The notes under the pieces are model-generated. The model searched no databases and had not been told where the DNA came from. It saw only the letters and a program-made list of their open reading frames with translations. A stretch of 64,000 nt of DNA from Oikopleura dioica (lineage: Eukaryota > Animalia > Chordata), in assembly GCA_907165135.1 (NCBI GenBank), contig OU015567.1, positions 3,596,001-3,660,000 on the forward strand, given 5' to 3'. The position numbers and the translations under genes are program-made. Shown here piece by piece: positions 62,664 through 64,000 of this stretch. Numbering within the stretch: the first letter of the stretch is position 1; each line of letters begins with the position of its first letter.

Positions 62664-64000
62664 AAATGATAGACGATTTTTAAAAAGCGCACTTCAAAAT
62701 GGTATTTGTTCCTCGTAATTATTAACCTGAAGCATATTTGGAAACCATGATGATCAAATAGACCTTTCTTATTCTTCTTTGATGACCCTTTCCTTTCAGG
62801 ACCTTTCTTGGGTGTAGTCCTTAGTTAAAATTTTTGAAACAACCTTCTGATTTTAGGCGCGTTCGAAATGGAAATAACGGTCGGCAAAAATTTTTTTTTG
62901 TAAATATGATGTTGATAATATGATATTATTTATTTCTTATTCGCATGAAATATTTTGGCTCAGCTGTTATTGTTGTCAGTGTTTTGCTCCATTCTTGGGC
63001 TAAACCTGTTGCTTATCTGATAACACCGCCGACGTGGAGCTTTTTTCTACAGGTTGAAGCACTTTCTTAAACAATAAGAAAATAAACTTTCTCCTGCTTG
63101 TTTCGAACAACTGTTGGCTGACTTCTACTGTAAAAGTTACACAGATATAAATAGGGTCTATTTAGGTTTTTCCGCGTAGACCCTAGATATAAATGAGAAT
63201 AAACTTAAAAAATAAAATAAAAAAGGAAGATCGACAAAAAAGACCACTTTGAAATAAATTGAACTATTTATTCCACGAAAGAAGTCACACCGTTGTTAAA
63301 ATTGGATCAAGCCTCGTAGAGGTATTCGTGTTCAACATGAAAGTTGTGTCAGCGCCCAGTGAATCCACATTGTTCGTTCTTAAAATAAAAGGATCGTAAA
63401 AACTCCTTCCCGGACTCTTTCGGAAAGGGCAGCGTTTATTTTCTTAATTTTAAAGGAAAAAGGGGTGCTAGGGCGTAATGAAATCGCCTTGCCGACGTGT
63501 TCGTGAAAATATTGAAAAAGCGGAAATTAAAAAATTTTCGACTTCGTGCAAAAAATGCAACGCGCCTGTTTGACCCTGAATAAATATTGATAAACCGTCT
63601 CATAAGAGCTCAAAATGCTGAATTTCCTTTTTTTCCTGAAAATAAGGGAAAAACATGAATTCTTGCTTTACCGCAAAAATACGTACCCAAAAATGCCTCT
63701 AAATTGAAAATTCTGATAAGGGAAGAAATATAAGCTGATAAAATATTTTCTCTCGAGCGAGGGAAAAACAGTCGGATAAAGCTCTAGAATTTGACGTGTT
63801 CTTTCCGGGTACACGTGATTGCCAAAAAAAGGATGACCTCTTTCAGCTGTGGGGATGATCAAACTTTCGTTCTGTTTCACGAAAAAAGAGCTTGGTTGAA
63901 AAACTGAAAGTCAGCACAATTTTTGCTTTTCTGTGAGGAGAAAAATTATCTTTCGGAAAAGATAGCTCAGGGGTTACCGCTTCAAGGGCAGTAATGGCCA

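Noticed and set aside
1-64000. rRNA or tRNA genes
   Set aside because: None recognised by eye; a tRNAscan-SE/Infernal run would be needed to exclude them.

Overview
AT-rich eukaryotic DNA from a compact genome. Introns are mostly 37-56 nt and at least one has a non-canonical GA donor. This, with the expanded divergent kinase and Cys-rich gene families, suggests a larvacean tunicate such as Oikopleura (inference). The first ~39.2 kb looks like the right-hand part of one giant Mutator-like (MULE) DNA transposon whose left end lies outside the window. It encodes an intact 9-exon, 1,824-aa MULE DDE transposase and a chromosome-maintenance cargo: a family-A DNA polymerase, a Rad21/Rec8-type cohesin kleisin, an RMI1-like OB-fold protein and an RTEL1/FANCJ-type Fe-S helicase. 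It also carries a tandem WRKY/FLYWCH zinc-finger gene, a RING finger gene, an ankyrin gene and several orphan genes with internal tandem repeats. The candidate right terminus (29-bp tandem subterminal repeats ending ...ATTATGCC at 39,219) abuts a host gene cut mid-exon, as shown by the intact paralog at 43,385. The remainder (39.2-64 kb) is host-type sequence: duplicated head-to-head membrane-protein genes, an orphan gene pair, a deleted LTR retroelement, several MITEs with clear target-site duplications, and a protein kinase gene interrupted by a TTAA MITE that could be spliced out in frame. All domain calls come from manual translation and motif recognition; no database search was run.
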